DNA of 20,893 bases from Breznakia blatticola (GTDB lineage Bacteria > Bacillota_I > Bacilli_A > Erysipelotrichales > Erysipelotrichaceae). Both the position numbers and the translations under genes were made by a program. Below, piece after piece: positions 18,979 through 20,893 of this stretch; the stretch's first letter is position 1, and the number at the start of each line of letters is the position of its first letter. Below the pieces are notes generated by a model. That model saw nothing but the letters and a program-made list of their open reading frames with translations. It did no database searches and was not told the DNA's origin. Location of the stretch: positions 1 to 20,893 of the forward strand of contig NZ_SODD01000043.1 in NCBI RefSeq assembly GCF_004365815.1, read 5' to 3'.

Positions 18979-20307
18979 ATGAGAGAACCATTAAAGTTTA
19001 TAACAGATGAAAAGTCATTAAAATTTTATTTGATAGATTGTGGTTCAGGGTTAATGCATTTAATAGTATTTCCAAATGATAAGGTAATGCTATTTGACTG
19101 TAATGTTACAAGTGATAATGAGGACAGAATAATAAAATTTTTAGAGAAACATATACCTTCTAAATGGGATAATGAAACTGGAGAATTCAAAAAAGAAATA
19201 GATATATTTGTAAATTCCCATAGAGATATTGACCATCTTCGTGGTTTGAAAAAGGTTAATAGTAATTTTAAAGTAAAGTCAATTTGGGATTCAGGACAAA
19301 CTGGAGCTAGTACAGATAATAGCGAATACAACTACTATATGTATTTAAGAAGAGAACTAAAAAAAGCTAATGAAAATAATTTGTTTGTACCTGTTCCATC
19401 AAATGAAGCGATTAGACACGACATTGATGATATAGATATTTATTGTCTTTCTGCAGAGGCAGACTTTCAAGAAGATTATGTTAATGAAGTAAAGATGGCT
19501 GTAAAAAAACAACATACAAATTCGATGGTTTTGCTTATAAAGTATGGGGAAAGAAAAATGCTTTTAACTGGTGATTCAGATTGGAAAAGTTGGAAGGAGC
19601 AAATTGTACCAAACTTCAAGTGGAATTCTGTCAATTATGAAAATACAGATATATTGGTAGCAAGTCACCATGGGTCAAGAAGTTTTTTTACTGATGAATT
19701 AAATGAAACAATTGATGTGGAGAAAAATCCTGATACAACATATTTAGAGTCAATTGGTTTAATAAAACCTGTTGTTACAATTATTTCCTGTGGAGATTAT
19801 GAAGAATATCATCATCCAAATAAAGAAGCTTTGGCTTTGTATAAAACACATACAAGCAATGAACAGGTATATACTACAAATGAGCTAGGAACAATTTGTG
19901 GTTTTATATCTGCTACGGGTGATTTTTCTATAATACCAGATAGATTTAAAAATAATGAGAATCAAGAAAACTATAATTTTAAACTTTCATGTAATGTCAA
20001 TGGAGTATCTATAAATAATGGAGATTCTTTAGCAACAGGATGTAATTTGAAATTTTCAGCATTGGTTACGCAAGGGCTAAGAACACCAGATGATAAACTT
20101 AAAATATTTTGGGAGGTTTCTAATATGGGTATAGATGATGATTATGAACATCAAGAGATATACTATAAAGGGAAAAAAGAAGAAAGTGGAAAATATGTAT
20201 TTGAACGTGAGTTGTCTTTTGTTGGAATACATACATTAAGATGTAGAATTAAAAATACTTCTAAAGGAATTGATGAAACTAAAATTTTTATAGTAAGGGG
20301 AATATAA
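18979..20307 (+). CDS. Stand-alone ComEC/Rec2-type metallo-beta-lactamase-fold hydrolase with an extra C-terminal beta-rich domain
   Basis: 442 aa with no TM segments. Ordered MBL motifs of the COG2333/ComEC type: YLIDCGSGLMHLIVFPNDKVMLFDCN, FVNSHRDIDHLRGL (an H-x-D-x-D-H variant, nt 19219-19236), NSMVLLIKYGERKMLLTGDSD, ILVASHHGSRS and IISCGDYEEYHHPNKEAL..VYTTNELGTI. Residues ~333-442 form an additional domain of alternating-polarity strands. Confidence 0.8.
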   Translation: MREPLKFITDEKSLKFYLIDCGSGLMHLIVFPNDKVMLFDCNVTSDNEDRIIKFLEKHIPSKWDNETGEFKKEIDIFVNSHRDIDHLRGLKKVNSNFKVKSIWDSGQTGASTDNSEYNYYMYLRRELKKANENNLFVPVPSNEAIRHDIDDIDIYCLSAEADFQEDYVNEVKMAVKKQHTNSMVLLIKYGERKMLLTGDSDWKSWKEQIVPNFKWNSVNYENTDILVASHHGSRSFFTDELNETIDVEKNPDTTYLESIGLIKPVVTIISCGDYEEYHHPNKEALALYKTHTSNEQVYTTNELGTICGFISATGDFSIIPDRFKNNENQENYNFKLSCNVNGVSINNGDSLATGCNLKFSALVTQGLRTPDDKLKIFWEVSNMGIDDDYEHQEIYYKGKKEESGKYVFERELSFVGIHTLRCRIKNTSKGIDETKIFIVRGI

Positions 20308-20308
20308 A

Positions 20309-20845
20309 ATGAATATAAAGGACTATCGCGAGAAAGAGCTTAAAATGTTTGTATTGGCGTGTATTCTTTTATTTGTTAGCTTAACTCAAAGTTTTTTGCT
20401 TAATGATGTTGTAGTATTGGAAGTATTTATCAAAATTCTCAATACCTCTATAATATCGAGTTCAATTTATTTAATGTCGTTTGTTGCGGATTCGTTACTC
20501 ACTAGTCAATTTAAGGAAAACTTAATCTACATTTTTGGATTATACACAAAACCAGGAAGTGAAATATTTACAAAGATTGAAGAGAATAATAATGATAATC
20601 GTATTAGTACAAAAAAAGCATTAAAATATTATAAAAAAATATACGAAGATATGCCAAATGCTGATAAAAATAAAAAGGATTATCAAAATAGTTGTTGGTA
20701 TTCTATTTACTCAAATTATAGAAATGTTAAAATGATTGAAATATCACATCGTGACTTTCTTTTATGTAGAGATATCTTTTGCATGACCTTTATACTAATT
20801 GTAAATGTCAATTATAAATTAACGAAAATTCGGAATCAGAGTTGA
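20309..20845 (+). CDS. Small multi-pass membrane protein of unknown function, co-operonic with the MBL hydrolase
   Basis: 178 aa. The ATG lies 1 nt after the MBL stop, and the SD AAGGGG sits inside the MBL 3' end. Hydrophobic segments at about aa 13-31, 44-60 and 150-167, separated by a ~90-aa Lys/Asn/Tyr-rich loop. I recognise no family motif. The stop codon falls inside the first 23-bp repeat, so a truncated or altered 3' end is possible. Confidence 0.6.
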   Translation: MNIKDYREKELKMFVLACILLFVSLTQSFLLNDVVVLEVFIKILNTSIISSSIYLMSFVADSLLTSQFKENLIYIFGLYTKPGSEIFTKIEENNNDNRISTKKALKYYKKIYEDMPNADKNKKDYQNSCWYSIYSNYRNVKMIEISHRDFLLCRDIFCMTFILIVNVNYKLTKIRNQS

Positions 20846-20893
20846 TGAATTTTCGGAATATGAGTTGAAGAAAAATCGGAATTATAAATTGAT
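20824..20893. repeat. 23-bp tandem repeat, at least 3 copies, running off the window edge
   Basis: Units GAAAATTCGGAATCAGAGTTGAT, GAATTTTCGGAATATGAGTTGAA and GAAAAATCGGAATTATAAATTGAT. The invariant TCGGAAT core occurs at 20830, 20853 and 20876, an exact 23-bp period. AATTATAAATT also recurs at 20810 and 20880. Confidence 0.8.

Noticed and set aside
18979-20307. The MBL-fold protein as a beta-lactam resistance enzyme or as the competence channel ComEC
   Set aside because: The motif pattern is of the ComEC/COG2333 nuclease type, not a class B beta-lactamase. There is no signal peptide. It lacks the polytopic membrane (competence) and OB-fold domains of a genuine ComEC.

Overview
Low-GC Bacillota-type chromosomal window, coded almost entirely on the + strand, in four blocks. 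(1) 1-2.2 kb holds cell-envelope genes: an mreB/mbl-like actin homologue and a TagO/WecA-type polyprenyl-phosphate HexNAc-1-P transferase. (2) 2.2-10.9 kb is a mel/msm-like alpha-galactoside locus. On the minus strand a LacI-family regulator is translationally coupled to a BadF-type sugar kinase. Diverging from them on the + strand are a GH4 MelA-like alpha-galactosidase, a CUT1 ABC importer (lipoprotein SBP, two permeases, MsmX/MalK-type ATPase) and an amidohydrolase-superfamily gene. The 154-bp divergent control region carries three palindromes. (3) 10.9-18.7 kb is a housekeeping block with Bacillus-like synteny: tilS-hpt-ftsH, hslO-dusB, then a complete T-box leader with a Lys specifier in front of class II lysS. 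(4) 18.7-20.9 kb is a markedly more AT-rich accessory tail and the best candidate for something undescribed. It begins with 4 x 11-bp tandem repeats. A tightly coupled two-gene operon follows: a stand-alone ComEC-type metallo-beta-lactamase-fold hydrolase with an extra C-terminal beta-rich domain, and a small multi-TM protein. It ends in a 23-bp tandem repeat array cut by the window edge. No rRNA, tRNA, CRISPR array, transposase or integrase is visible. All calls rest on motif recognition by eye; no database search or folding computation was possible.
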